Assembly: GCA_963717145.1 (NCBI GenBank)
Contig: OY970325.1
Location: forward strand, 160,001 to 224,000
Source: an uncultured Armatimonadetes bacterium
Lineage (GTDB): Bacteria; Armatimonadota; UBA5829; DTJY01
DNA: 64,000 nt
Direction: 5' to 3'
The notes under the pieces were generated by a model. It saw nothing but the letters and a program-made list of their open reading frames with translations. It searched no databases and had not been told where the DNA came from. Shown piece by piece: positions 19,574-33,232 of this stretch; position 1 is the first letter of the stretch, and each line of letters begins with the position of its first letter. A program made the position numbers and the translations under genes.

Positions 19574-20443
19574 GTGAAGTACGCCTTCATCGCTGCTCAA
19601 GACGGCCGCTTCAGGATCGGGACGATCTGCGGGGTGCTCGGTGTGAGCCGGAGCGGCTACTACGCGTGGCAGGGGCGTCCCGAAAGCGATCGCGCCAGGA
19701 AGAACGAGAAGCTGCTCACACGGATCAGGGAGGTCCACGCCGAGAGCAGAGACACCTACGGTAGCCCGAGGGTTCACATACGGCTTCGGCAGGCGGGTGA
19801 GACCTGCAGCAGAGGCCGTGTGGCCAGGCTCATGACAGCAAACGGAATCCGCGCAAGACAGAAACGGAAGTTCCGTGTTACGACTAACTCCAGGCACAAC
19901 CAGCCTGTGGCGGCGAATCTGCTCAAGAGAAACTTCGAGGTAGCCAGACCGAACAGTGTCTGGGTAAGCGACATAACGTATGTGCATACCCGTGAGGGTT
20001 GGCTCTATCTTTCGGCGGTGATGGATCTTTACTCGCGCCAGATAGTGGGCTGGTCGATGAAAGAGACGCTTGGGAGTGTGCTCGCAAGTGAGGCGCTCAG
20101 GATGGCATACAAGAACAGAAGACCGGTCGGCGAAGTCATCCATCATTCGGATCGAGGGTGTCAGTACGCGAGCGGCGAATTTCGTAGGCTTCTCGAAGCC
20201 TACGAAATTCGAGCCAGCATGAGCGGCGCCGGGAACTGCTATGACAACGCCCCGATGGAGAGCTTCTTTGCGACGCTTAAGGCCGAGCTGATACATCATC
20301 GAACATACTCCTCACGAGAGGAAGCGAGATCTGATATCTTCGAGTACATCGAAGTGTTCTACAATCGGCAGCGACTCCACTCGAGCCTCGGCTATCGGAG
20401 TCCCGCCGACTTCGAGGCGGCCGCTCTCGAACGAGCGGCCTAG
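19574..20443 (+). CDS. IS3-family transposase OrfB (copy 1)
   Basis: WVSDITY, HSDRGCQY, DNAPMESFF (DDE). Confidence 0.93.
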   Translation: MKYAFIAAQDGRFRIGTICGVLGVSRSGYYAWQGRPESDRARKNEKLLTRIREVHAESRDTYGSPRVHIRLRQAGETCSRGRVARLMTANGIRARQKRKFRVTTNSRHNQPVAANLLKRNFEVARPNSVWVSDITYVHTREGWLYLSAVMDLYSRQIVGWSMKETLGSVLASEALRMAYKNRRPVGEVIHHSDRGCQYASGEFRRLLEAYEIRASMSGAGNCYDNAPMESFFATLKAELIHHRTYSSREEARSDIFEYIEVFYNRQRLHSSLGYRSPADFEAAALERAA

Positions 20444-20516
20444 GTGATCTGTCCACGAAAACTGATCTTGCCTCGAATTAGTGGGCACCGGATAATAAGA
20501 GATGAGGTGACCCAAG

Positions 20517-20794
20517 ATGAAGAGGCAGTATTCAGAAAGCTTCAAGGCGGAGGCGGTGAAGTTGGCTTTTTCCGGCAGGGCGAGCAAAGCTCGGATCGCA
20601 AAGGAACTGGGAGTCAACATCAACAGCCTGGACGCCTGGATCAGGAAGTACAAGGAGAGCCTGGGAGAGATCGATCCCAGGAAGAGAGAGTCCCTTGAGG
20701 ACGAAGTGAAGCGTCTCCGCAAGGAGAACGATCTCCTCCGAGAGGAGAGAGACATATTAAAAAAAGCGGCGGCGTACTTTGCGAGGGAGCAGCA

Positions 20795-20798
<4 letters not shown>
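20517..20798 (+). CDS. IS3 OrfA (HTH)
   Basis: YSESFKAEAV, IAKELGV, LKKAAAYFA. Confidence 0.93.
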
Positions 20799-24995
<4,197 letters not shown>

Positions 24996-25055
24996 TAGTG
25001 CTCCGGGTGGGTATGAACGCGGTGTCAGTCCGAATACGCGAAAGGAGAAGAAGCT

Positions 25056-25583
25056 ATGGAAGCGATGAGGAAGGACACTGCTGAACTGCAACCGACGATG
25101 GTGGCGACCAAGCCCCAGAAGGAGCACGAGTGGCTGCAGAAACTCGTCGGCGAGTGGACGTTCGAGGGCGAAGCTTCGATGGAGCCCGGGATGCCGAGTG
25201 AGGAGTTCACGGGGACCGAGAGCGTGCGGCCGATCGGTGACCTCTGGATCGTCGCCGAGGCACGGATCGACGCGCCGGGCATGGCGCCGATGATCAACGT
25301 GCTGACGCTCGGCTTCGACCCGCAGAAGGGGCGATTCGTCGGCACGTTCGTCGCGTCGATGATGACGTACCTCTGGGTCTACGACGGCGAACTCGACCCG
25401 AACGGTCGGACGCTGCACCTCTACAGCACGGGCCCCACGATGGGTCCCTCGGGGAAGACGGTCTCATTCCGGGAGTCGATCGAGTTCGTGAGCGACGACG
25501 AGCGGATATGGCGTTCGACGATGCAGGCCGATGACGGCGACTGGCAGGAGGTCATGAGGTCGGACTACCGGCGGAAGAGGTAG
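25056..25583 (+). CDS. DUF1579-like protein
   Basis: EHEWLQKLVGEW, GFDPQKGRFVGTFVASM. Confidence 0.85.
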   Translation: MEAMRKDTAELQPTMVATKPQKEHEWLQKLVGEWTFEGEASMEPGMPSEEFTGTESVRPIGDLWIVAEARIDAPGMAPMINVLTLGFDPQKGRFVGTFVASMMTYLWVYDGELDPNGRTLHLYSTGPTMGPSGKTVSFRESIEFVSDDERIWRSTMQADDGDWQEVMRSDYRRKR

Positions 25584-25597
25584 CTGAGGACCCGAAT

Positions 25598-25628
25598 GGA
25601 GTGCGGCGGTGTCCAGCCACCGCACTCC
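25598..25628. repeat. GGAG-type palindrome, possible terminator between convergent genes
   Basis: GGAGTGCGG...CCGCACTCC. Confidence 0.55.
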
Positions 25629-25631
25629 GGT

Positions 25632-28600
25632 CTAATCGAACACGACGATGTCCGACTGGGATCGCACGCGGATGAGTGGATAGTAGTCCGCCCCCGACTT
25701 GATCATGGAGCTGATCCCCGTCACTTCCACATGCTTGCCCAGAGCCGGCTTGATTGTCCCGGCGGGTACGATGACTTTGATTCCACGGTATCCGGAGGCG
25801 TCAGTGACTCTCGACCCGTCGGAGACCACGAATGTCGCGCCGGCCGGACTATACGTCACCAGGCCGGTCGTCCTGATGAGCAAGCCGATGTTGTTGAGGT
25901 GGATGTTCCCCGCGAACCCCATCTGTCCCGCACCCGTGCCGGCATCATACCTCCATGCGGCGCCGCCCAGACACTCCATGTTCAGACCCAGTGGATATGC
26001 GGTACCCGTATCCCAGGGGGGCTCTGATTGAGCGGCGGTCGTGGCCAGAATATATCGCTCTCCATGCGTATAGGTCTTCATTGTGCCGCTCAGGTCCACT
26101 CTCATCCCGACGGTGAACGTGTGTCCGGATTTGTCCACCCGGATGCCCGAAGACCGGTGGTCAGCCTGTATATAGAAGTACCCTGGGAACGCGGCCGAGA
26201 CCAACGCCCGGGTGATGACGACCGGCGCTTCGTTCGGCAGGGTCTTGATGTCTCCCGGGGACACGGATGAGTCGATCTGGAAGTCCGCGCTCTTCACCGC
26301 GCTGGCCGGTGAGCCCTCCTTGTACGCCCGCGCCTTGAGCGTGACACTGGCGTTCAATAGCACCGGTTCGGCGTAGACGGGGTCGCTTTCCGTTGGGTCG
26401 ATGCCGCTCGTGGTATAGTGAATCGTTGCGCCGGGCGTGGCGCAGTTGATCGTCACGCTCTGCGCGGAGCCGAACACCCCGCCGTCGGGGCTGAAGGTCG
26501 GCATGTGGACGGGCACTACGTAGACGGCGGTGGCCACATCACTCGTATTCCAATCGGTCTTCCATGCCCTGGCTTTGAGCGTCAGATTCTCGTCCACCAG
26601 CAGCGGACTGCTGTAGAGAGCGTCAGACCCCGCCGGATCGATGCCGTTCACCGTATAGCGGATGGTGACACCGGGTATCACGCAGTTGATCGTCACGCTC
26701 TGGGCGGACGAATACGTGCCGCCGCCAGGATCGAAGGTCGGCGTGTCTAGCTTAGGCAGGATAGTGTAGACCGCGCTCTTGACGGCACTCGGCGTCCAGT
26801 TAACCTTAAAAGCCCTCGCCTTCAGTATCTCACCCTCCTGGGTCTGCACCGGATTCACGAATTCAGGATCGCTCTCTGTCGGATCGATCCCATCTGTCGT
26901 GTAGCGAATGGTTGCGCCGGGCGTCAAGGAAATCATATACACGCGTGGCGCAGAGTGATATGCGCCACCTTCCGGGGAGAATATCGGAGTGCTCACAGCG
27001 GGTGGAGTCCAACTGCCGGGGTATTCGTCCGCACCCACATCCACGACCCCGCCAACGATCCTGTCTTGCCCATCCATGTCCGTTAAGGGAAGGCCCGGCG
27101 CGCCGCCCCAACCGGCATCGATGCACGGCGAAGGCGTCGTGAGGTGGGCATCTCCACTCGTGGGATCGAACAGCAGCGGATCGAGAGAAATGTCTCCCGT
27201 CCCGGCTGAGAGCCCGGAGTACTCGTAGCCGGAGTTTCCGTATACGCAGTTGTTGCGAAGGGTAGGAGTGCCTCCGGTGCTGTATATCCCTCCCCCTGAG
27301 TTGGAAGCCACGATGTTGTTCGAGATGGAAGGCGAGGCGGCGCCACTGTAGATTCCGCCCCCTCCGACTGCGGTGTTCCCGAAGACGCTGTTATTGGTAA
27401 TAATCGGCCAGGAGACCGACGAGTCGTCACAGCCAATGCCACCGCCGAGAGGCGCGGTGTTGCCTGTGATCGTATTGTTGATGATAGTCGGCGAGGCGCC
27501 AAACTCGCATCCGATCCCGCCGCCAATGCCATTGATGGAGGCTGCATTCCCGGTGATCAGGTTGTTAGCGACAATCGGTGACGAAGCGAGGCATGAGACC
27601 CCGCCGCCCACGCCCCAATGGGGATTGGCCCCTCCGCGAATCATGAAGCCATCTATTCTACTCACCAGATAACCGCTGTAGGATGCGCTGACGACTGCGC
27701 GCCCCACTCCCAGAAGCACGGATCTGTTCACTACCCAGTTCCTCTGATCCCTGGCAGTCTCCGTCCCGACAAATCCGCCGTAGAGGTAGACGTACGGATA
27801 CGTCTCGATGCCTTCGCTGTAAACGCCTTCCCTGACCCATACCTCTCCGCCCTGCCCTCTTGCCGCTCTAAGCGCCGCCTGCACCGTCTGCTTCGCAAGA
27901 GCCCAACTCGAGCCGTCGTTTGCGTCGCTGCCTGAGGGGCTCACTCGGACGATGGCATATGGTCCTGGCGGCCAGGCTGTCCCATTGAACTCGTCAGCCC
28001 CTATATCGACTGTGCCGTCTTGGACTCTTGTCTGGCCGTCGATGTCCGTCGAAGGGATCCCCGGCGCGCTGTTCAGACCCTTGTTCACGCATGGGGATCC
28101 AGGCAGTATGTGAAGATTCCCGTACGCCCTGTCGACAAGCTGAGGATCGGCGGAGATGTTGTCCGACCTGTTAAGGGTTCCGGAGTAGTCGTACCTGGCG
28201 TTACCATACACGCAATTGTACCACACGACGGGAGACCCACTGCCTTCCTGCGCCAACACGCCTGATTGATTGAAGGCAACAATGTTGTTGCGAACGACTG
28301 GCGAGGAGTAGGCGTCGCAGCGCACACCATCGCCATTGTTGGCGACAATCGTGTTATTCGTGATCGTCGCCGAGGACTCCGCGCAGCCGATACCGTCTCC
28401 ACTATTCGCAGCGACGATGTTGTTGGTAATGATCGGGGAACCCCGCGCGCACCATATCCCGGACCCCCAGTTCTCCGTGATGAGATTGTTTGCGATTGTC
28501 GGAGAAGATTCCCAACACGCGACGCCTCCGCCGCCGCCTGGAGGCCAGCCCCTGCGTATCGTGAAGCCGTCTATGATCGTGCTGGCGGCTGCGCCTGCAG

Positions 28601-28961
28601 GGGCACTCACGGTGTCGGCCTGCCAGCCGCTTCCGTCCAGGATGGTCTCGTTCGCCCTGGGGCGCCTCTGCTCCCTTAAGGTTTCGGTACCCATGAAGCC
28701 GCCGTAGAGCCCCGCGCCCAGTTTGAGGGTGACGTTCTCTATGTACAAACCCTTGGAGACCCACACTTCATCGCCGGAGGAGGCAGCGTCCAGCCCTTGC
28801 TGGACTTTGTGGTAAGCGTTCGCCCACGAGGTCCCGTCGAACGTCGGGCCGGGGGAGTCATACTTGACGTAGACGATCGCGGACGATCCCAATGACGTGA
28901 CCGTGAGAAGCAGGGTCGCTGCAAGCAGAACCTGAAGGAGTCTCGGTCGATTCATCTGCAT
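25632..28961 (-). CDS. Large secreted protein: two right-handed beta-helix modules, three Fn3-associated (chitobiase C-terminal-like) repeats and a C-terminal domain
   Basis: Signal peptide; DGTSWANA/DGSSWALA, NNxIxxN repeats, VDIGADE; three TPxFSPxGGxY...IRYTTDG.DP repeats. Confidence 0.85.
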   Translation of the reverse strand: MQMNRPRLLQVLLAATLLLTVTSLGSSAIVYVKYDSPGPTFDGTSWANAYHKVQQGLDAASSGDEVWVSKGLYIENVTLKLGAGLYGGFMGTETLREQRRPRANETILDGSGWQADTVSAPAGAAASTIIDGFTIRRGWPPGGGGGVACWESSPTIANNLITENWGSGIWCARGSPIITNNIVAANSGDGIGCAESSATITNNTIVANNGDGVRCDAYSSPVVRNNIVAFNQSGVLAQEGSGSPVVWYNCVYGNARYDYSGTLNRSDNISADPQLVDRAYGNLHILPGSPCVNKGLNSAPGIPSTDIDGQTRVQDGTVDIGADEFNGTAWPPGPYAIVRVSPSGSDANDGSSWALAKQTVQAALRAARGQGGEVWVREGVYSEGIETYPYVYLYGGFVGTETARDQRNWVVNRSVLLGVGRAVVSASYSGYLVSRIDGFMIRGGANPHWGVGGGVSCLASSPIVANNLITGNAASINGIGGGIGCEFGASPTIINNTITGNTAPLGGGIGCDDSSVSWPIITNNSVFGNTAVGGGGIYSGAASPSISNNIVASNSGGGIYSTGGTPTLRNNCVYGNSGYEYSGLSAGTGDISLDPLLFDPTSGDAHLTTPSPCIDAGWGGAPGLPLTDMDGQDRIVGGVVDVGADEYPGSWTPPAVSTPIFSPEGGAYHSAPRVYMISLTPGATIRYTTDGIDPTESDPEFVNPVQTQEGEILKARAFKVNWTPSAVKSAVYTILPKLDTPTFDPGGGTYSSAQSVTINCVIPGVTIRYTVNGIDPAGSDALYSSPLLVDENLTLKARAWKTDWNTSDVATAVYVVPVHMPTFSPDGGVFGSAQSVTINCATPGATIHYTTSGIDPTESDPVYAEPVLLNASVTLKARAYKEGSPASAVKSADFQIDSSVSPGDIKTLPNEAPVVITRALVSAAFPGYFYIQADHRSSGIRVDKSGHTFTVGMRVDLSGTMKTYTHGERYILATTAAQSEPPWDTGTAYPLGLNMECLGGAAWRYDAGTGAGQMGFAGNIHLNNIGLLIRTTGLVTYSPAGATFVVSDGSRVTDASGYRGIKVIVPAGTIKPALGKHVEVTGISSMIKSGADYYPLIRVRSQSDIVVFD

Positions 28962-29049
28962 AACCTCCGAATACGGACTGGTCTTGCAGGAGTATCAGGC
29001 CCAGGCGCGAGGTAGAATGAGCAGCCCGCCGGGAAATGATATCCTATCC

Positions 29050-29078
29050 ATTATGCCCCGCAAGCGTCGCCTTGTCAA
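29050..29078 (-). promoter_or_regulatory. sigma70 promoter of the beta-helix gene
   Basis: Minus strand TTGACA-N17-CATAAT. Confidence 0.6.
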
Positions 29079-29183
29079 CATGCAGGCTGAAAAACCGGTA
29101 GTATTACCGGGTACCCAGTCTCCGGTTTGGAAATGGAGACAAGCGGGAAAAGGGTATCAAGCTCAGCACACAGGAGGAATGAA

Positions 29184-29609
29184 ATGCGCAAACTGAGAAT
29201 CATCATCCCGATCATCGTCGCTCTCGCGATCGGTTTCACCGTGGGTGTCACCAGTACCCAGGGTGCGAACGTCCTGAAGGGCGCGGTCATCGCCGTCCTC
29301 GTCGACCAGTTCTCCGGCCAGCTCAACAAGGCGGTCAACAGCCTGACCGCGAACAAGAAGATGCCGTCGAACCTCTCGACCAAGGTTGTTCCGATCCTCT
29401 CGATCGGCTCGGGGGCATACGTCGGCGCGGCGCAGGTCAGCGGCTCGAAGGCCAGCGTGAACCAGGTCAAAGCGGTCGGCCAGTTGGAGACCGGATTCGG
29501 CAAGCAGTTCCGCATCAAGGCGCTCGTGCCGATCAACGTGCGCTCGGTAACGAACATCAAGCGCATCCAGGGCGTGGGTGTCAGCGCGATCATCGACGTG
29601 AAGATTTAG
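29184..29609 (+). CDS. Small secreted hypothetical protein
   Basis: GGAGG RBS; signal peptide; TKVVPILSIGSGAYVGAAQVSG. Confidence 0.8.
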   Translation: MRKLRIIIPIIVALAIGFTVGVTSTQGANVLKGAVIAVLVDQFSGQLNKAVNSLTANKKMPSNLSTKVVPILSIGSGAYVGAAQVSGSKASVNQVKAVGQLETGFGKQFRIKALVPINVRSVTNIKRIQGVGVSAIIDVKI

Positions 29610-29622
29610 CCTCCCGCATGGC

Positions 29623-29687
29623 GCTGTCATTCTGGGCGGAGCGAGTAGTCCCGCAACAGGCTTTTCGCCTCCGCCCGGAATGACAGC
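29623..29687. repeat. TGTCATTC...GAATGACA-type palindromic element between convergent genes
   Basis: GCTGTCATTCTGGGCGGAG ... CTCCGCCCGGAATGACAGC. Confidence 0.7.
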
Positions 29688-29696
29688 CGTGGGCCA

Positions 29697-31643
29697 TCAA
29701 CCATTCCCCAGGCGGATTTCCATCAGGCACTCGGCGCAATCGAAGCGGAGTTCGAGGCGGTGCCCTTCCTCATCGACGAGCGAGAGCGCCCCGGATCGAG
29801 TCCGGGGTTGCGCCCCGTCCTTTGGGCATAGTCCGAGTTGGTGCTTGATGCAGTAGCGCGTCGTCATCACGCGTCGTCCGCGCATGTCGAGCCCTGACTC
29901 GGCTGCGGGTTCGATCTTCGTCACGCCGTGCCGCCGGTAGAACTCCTCGGCCTTGCGATTCAGCACGTTCCCCTCGAAGGTCAGGTCGGTCGCGGGGTAG
30001 GGGACGTCGTTCCGGATCGATCCTCCCTCCAGTCGCGGTCGGTTCTCTTCGCGGACCGTCGAGAGTTCCTCCAAGACTCCGCGCCGCAGCGAGTTCAGCG
30101 CCGAGATCGGTACGAACGGAACCTCCGGCAGATCAATCTCAACCTCCGGGGCCTCGAAGTCAGTGCCCCCCATCTTGGTCAGTTGTCTGCGGATGTTCTC
30201 AAGCGCCTGATCGGGCTTCTGCGCGGTCTCCCTCTCGCACGGGATCGTGAACTCTGCCGCGTTGCCATCCTCATCGACCGCCGTGATTGTCAGGCCGTCG
30301 GGCGACTCGCTCAGCGTCAGGGCGACCCCGATCTTCCTCTCGGGCTGTGACTTCTCCAGGCGCGTAAGGAACTCGTGGTCGTGATTGCGGTAGATCATCG
30401 TGCCCGGCTCGATGCTGACCGGCTTGTCGGTCACAACCGTCCGGCCCTTGACGCCGTTGACGACCGTGCCCCTGAGCCTGCACTGGCGGTCGAACCAGGT
30501 GATTCCATCGCCGTTGTGGAGCGGGATATCCGTGTCGATCATCACGTCTCGGCGGCTGACCCTGATCACCGGCCCGATCGGTTCGCCGATCATCTTGGGG
30601 GTGTCGGGCGAGCCGATCCTGTCGGTCCGCCCGTGGAGGAAGTAGTCGGTGTATCCGCGGTTGAATGTCTTGGCCAGGTCCGGCGTGAAGTCGATCGTGC
30701 TCCGACCGGAGGAAGTACGCTTTGGGGGCGCGCCTTGTGCCGCCTTACCTGCGCTACTCCGTAGGGGCGATCCTTCAACGGTCGCCCGTTGTACAGCGTC
30801 CGGCGGCACAAAGCGCGCCCCTACAACGTGGCGGGCGACCGTTGAAGGATCGCCCCTACGGAGCACTTTGTCTAACTCCTGGCGGTAATATGAGACAACA
30901 TTGGTCACATAGGCCTTGTCCTTCAGCCGGCCCTCGATCTTGAACGAGCAGACGCCCGCATCGATCAGCTCGCCAAGATGCTCGGAGAGGTTGAAGTCGC
31001 GGAGGGAGAGCAGGTGCTTCCGGTACTCCAGGACCTTGTCGCTCCGGTCGATCAGCTTGTAGGGCTTGCGACACGGCTGAGCGCACTGCCCCCGGTTGCC
31101 ACTCCGACCGCCGAGCGCATAGCTGAGGTAGCACTGCCCGCTGTAACAAACGCAGAGCGCTCCGTGGATGAAGCACTCCAGCTCGATGTCGGTGGCGGCC
31201 CGGATCGCGCGGATCTCATCGAGCGTCAACTCCCGCGCCAGGATCGCCCGCTTGATGCCGACTTTGCCAAGGAATGCGACCCGTTCGGGCGTGTTGTTGT
31301 GCATCTGAGTGCTCGCGATGAGGGGGATCGGCGGGAGGTCGCACTCCAGGAGGCCGGCGTCCTGGATGATCAGGCCGTCGATCCCGATGTCGTGGAGCTG
31401 CTCGATCAGCCGTACCGCCTGGGGGATCTCATCGTCGCGCAGGATGGTGTTCACCGTTGCATAGACTTTCGCCCAGAACTTGTGCGCGTGCCTCAGGAGT
31501 TCGGCGATGTCGTCGAGGCTGTTCCCGGCGGATTCGCGCGCGCCGAACCGTGCAGCGCCGATGTACACGGCATCGGCGCCGCAGTCGATCGCCGCTATCC
31601 CGCATTCCAAGTCTTTGGCAGGCGCCAGTAGTTCGATTGTCAT
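29697..31643 (-). CDS. Peptidase U32 family protein, RlhA (YdcP)-like with DUF3656 region
   Basis: ELLAPA, GADAVYIG, ASTQ, ILAREL, HGALCVCYSGQC, NRGQCAQPCR, KIEGRLK, FNRGYT; C-terminal MTTRYCIK. Confidence 0.9.
   Translation of the reverse strand: MTIELLAPAKDLECGIAAIDCGADAVYIGAARFGARESAGNSLDDIAELLRHAHKFWAKVYATVNTILRDDEIPQAVRLIEQLHDIGIDGLIIQDAGLLECDLPPIPLIASTQMHNNTPERVAFLGKVGIKRAILARELTLDEIRAIRAATDIELECFIHGALCVCYSGQCYLSYALGGRSGNRGQCAQPCRKPYKLIDRSDKVLEYRKHLLSLRDFNLSEHLGELIDAGVCSFKIEGRLKDKAYVTNVVSYYRQELDKVLRRGDPSTVARHVVGARFVPPDAVQRATVEGSPLRSSAGKAAQGAPPKRTSSGRSTIDFTPDLAKTFNRGYTDYFLHGRTDRIGSPDTPKMIGEPIGPVIRVSRRDVMIDTDIPLHNGDGITWFDRQCRLRGTVVNGVKGRTVVTDKPVSIEPGTMIYRNHDHEFLTRLEKSQPERKIGVALTLSESPDGLTITAVDEDGNAAEFTIPCERETAQKPDQALENIRRQLTKMGGTDFEAPEVEIDLPEVPFVPISALNSLRRGVLEELSTVREENRPRLEGGSIRNDVPYPATDLTFEGNVLNRKAEEFYRRHGVTKIEPAAESGLDMRGRRVMTTRYCIKHQLGLCPKDGAQPRTRSGALSLVDEEGHRLELRFDCAECLMEIRLGNG
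30724..30859. repeat. Four-unit REP cluster inside the U32 coding region
   Basis: GTAGGGGCGATCCTTCAACGGTCGCCCG (30761) and its inverse (30832-30859); GGCGGCACAAAGCGCGCCCCTAC and a degenerate inverse. Confidence 0.88.
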
Positions 31644-31757
31644 AACATCTCCAGTCGACGGAGGTCGACTTCGTGCCCTCGTTGCCGCGACTTCAGTCGC
31701 CCGGTCAACGCCCATTATACCTCATCCCCAGGTTTTGCGATCACGGGCACTCCGGAC

Positions 31758-33224
31758 GTAACAGTTCACGCTTGGGGATAACGAGTTTGATCAGGCAGGG
31801 AAGAGGACAGACTTGCCTGCGAGCAGTTGCCTGCATGATTCGAGCATGTCCAGACCCCTGACGTGCCATGTGCCAAACAGACTCATGAGCGTCATCTTTG
31901 TCTCGGAACCCTTCGCGCTTCGTGTGCCTCCGCATACCTTGCGGGCGATCACACACGGCCTCAGCGCTCGTTCTGCGCCATTGTTGTCCGACGGTACTTC
32001 CGGGTACTCTACGAACATGAACAACTCGTGCAAGCGATCTATGAATCTCTTTGCCAGCGTCTGCTGTGGAGCATCTGAGCCGACATACGGACCTGAGAGC
32101 GCCTCTACCTCTTCCTCGAAGAGTACTCGCTTCCACTTGCGAACCTCCGCCTTCTTGCTCCGGAACTCCTTTGCCCGATCGTAAACACCCTTCACCGCAT
32201 CCGCCCATGCGATGACGCCCGTGTCGTCCGCGTTCCTCTCCTTCAGTTTGTGCAGATCCCTGGCCAGATGTGCCCAGCATATCTGGCGGTCTGCAACTAC
32301 CGGGTTGTATCCGGCATAGCAATCCGTTACCACTACCCCTTCGTAGTCGCCGCCTATCGTTTCCTTCGGGATCTCTCCACTCCGACTCCGCCGGTAGATG
32401 AAGTATCGCACGTTCTTAGTGGAGAAGGTCCAGATGTATCCGTTCAGCCCATCCTCTCTCCAGCCCGTCTCGTCTGCGTTTATGTATGGGCTTCCACGTA
32501 CAAGCGAGAGTAGCCGCTCTTTCTCTTTTTTGCCACAGTCTGCCACCGTGTGCAATATCTCGCTTATCTCTCCCACAGAGAGCTGAAGACCATACAGAGC
32601 CTTCAGCAATCCCTGTATCGTCCGCTTTGTCATGCGACCTACCGTCGAAAGATACGATATCAGGCTCATCAGGTTCACGCCTACCCGATGCTTGCCTACA
32701 ACCTGGCCGGAAAGGTCAACCTTCGGCACATGACTCTTGCCACAGTATCCGCATCTTCTGGCGATGAACCTGTGCTCGACTACGTCCACAGGCACGATGG
32801 GGATGTCGATGACTTGGCGGAGTCTCTTTACCGTGCCCCCTGTGAGCGCTCGGCCGCAGTCCGGACACTTCGAGTGCGCGTGCTCGACTACACGGGTGGG
32901 TGTCTCCCGCCTGCGCACGAACGACTTCTTGCGCTTCTTTCGTTCAGCTGCCCGGCGCTCTTTGCGGTTCGGCTTCACCCAGTCAGGCACGGATGGGGAA
33001 CTGCCATCACCGCCGGAAAGCCTGGCGCGAAGGTCTTCGTTCTCCTTCTCCAGGTCGCCGATACGCGCCACGAGTTGGGGAACTAGACCTTCCAACTGGC
33101 TGACCCTGGCCTCAAGCTCCTCGTATGTCGGCTTGGATTGCTCGCTCACACTCCTTGGTTCGAGACGCTCCCAGCAGGTTCCTTCTTCTTACAGACAAAA
33201 TAATCCCTAAGCCTGAACTGTTAC
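31758..33224 (-). mobile_element. IS66-family single-ORF element, copy A
   Basis: IRs GTAACAGTTCA.GCTT; left TSD CTCCGGAC at 31750-31757. Confidence 0.92.
31791..33149 (-). CDS. IS66-family transposase
   Basis: CPDCG, NADETGW, VTDCYAGY, CWAH, DNNGAERALR. Confidence 0.92.
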   Translation of the reverse strand: MSEQSKPTYEELEARVSQLEGLVPQLVARIGDLEKENEDLRARLSGGDGSSPSVPDWVKPNRKERRAAERKKRKKSFVRRRETPTRVVEHAHSKCPDCGRALTGGTVKRLRQVIDIPIVPVDVVEHRFIARRCGYCGKSHVPKVDLSGQVVGKHRVGVNLMSLISYLSTVGRMTKRTIQGLLKALYGLQLSVGEISEILHTVADCGKKEKERLLSLVRGSPYINADETGWREDGLNGYIWTFSTKNVRYFIYRRSRSGEIPKETIGGDYEGVVVTDCYAGYNPVVADRQICWAHLARDLHKLKERNADDTGVIAWADAVKGVYDRAKEFRSKKAEVRKWKRVLFEEEVEALSGPYVGSDAPQQTLAKRFIDRLHELFMFVEYPEVPSDNNGAERALRPCVIARKVCGGTRSAKGSETKMTLMSLFGTWHVRGLDMLESCRQLLAGKSVLFPA

Positions 33225-33232
33225 CCCTGAAA

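Larger units (their letters stand above)
17811..19577 (+). pseudogene. IS3 orfA of copy 1, disrupted by an IS66-family insertion
   Basis: MKRQYSESFKAEA at 17811 resumes as VKLAFSG...LKKAAAYFAREQQ after 19333. Confidence 0.85.
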
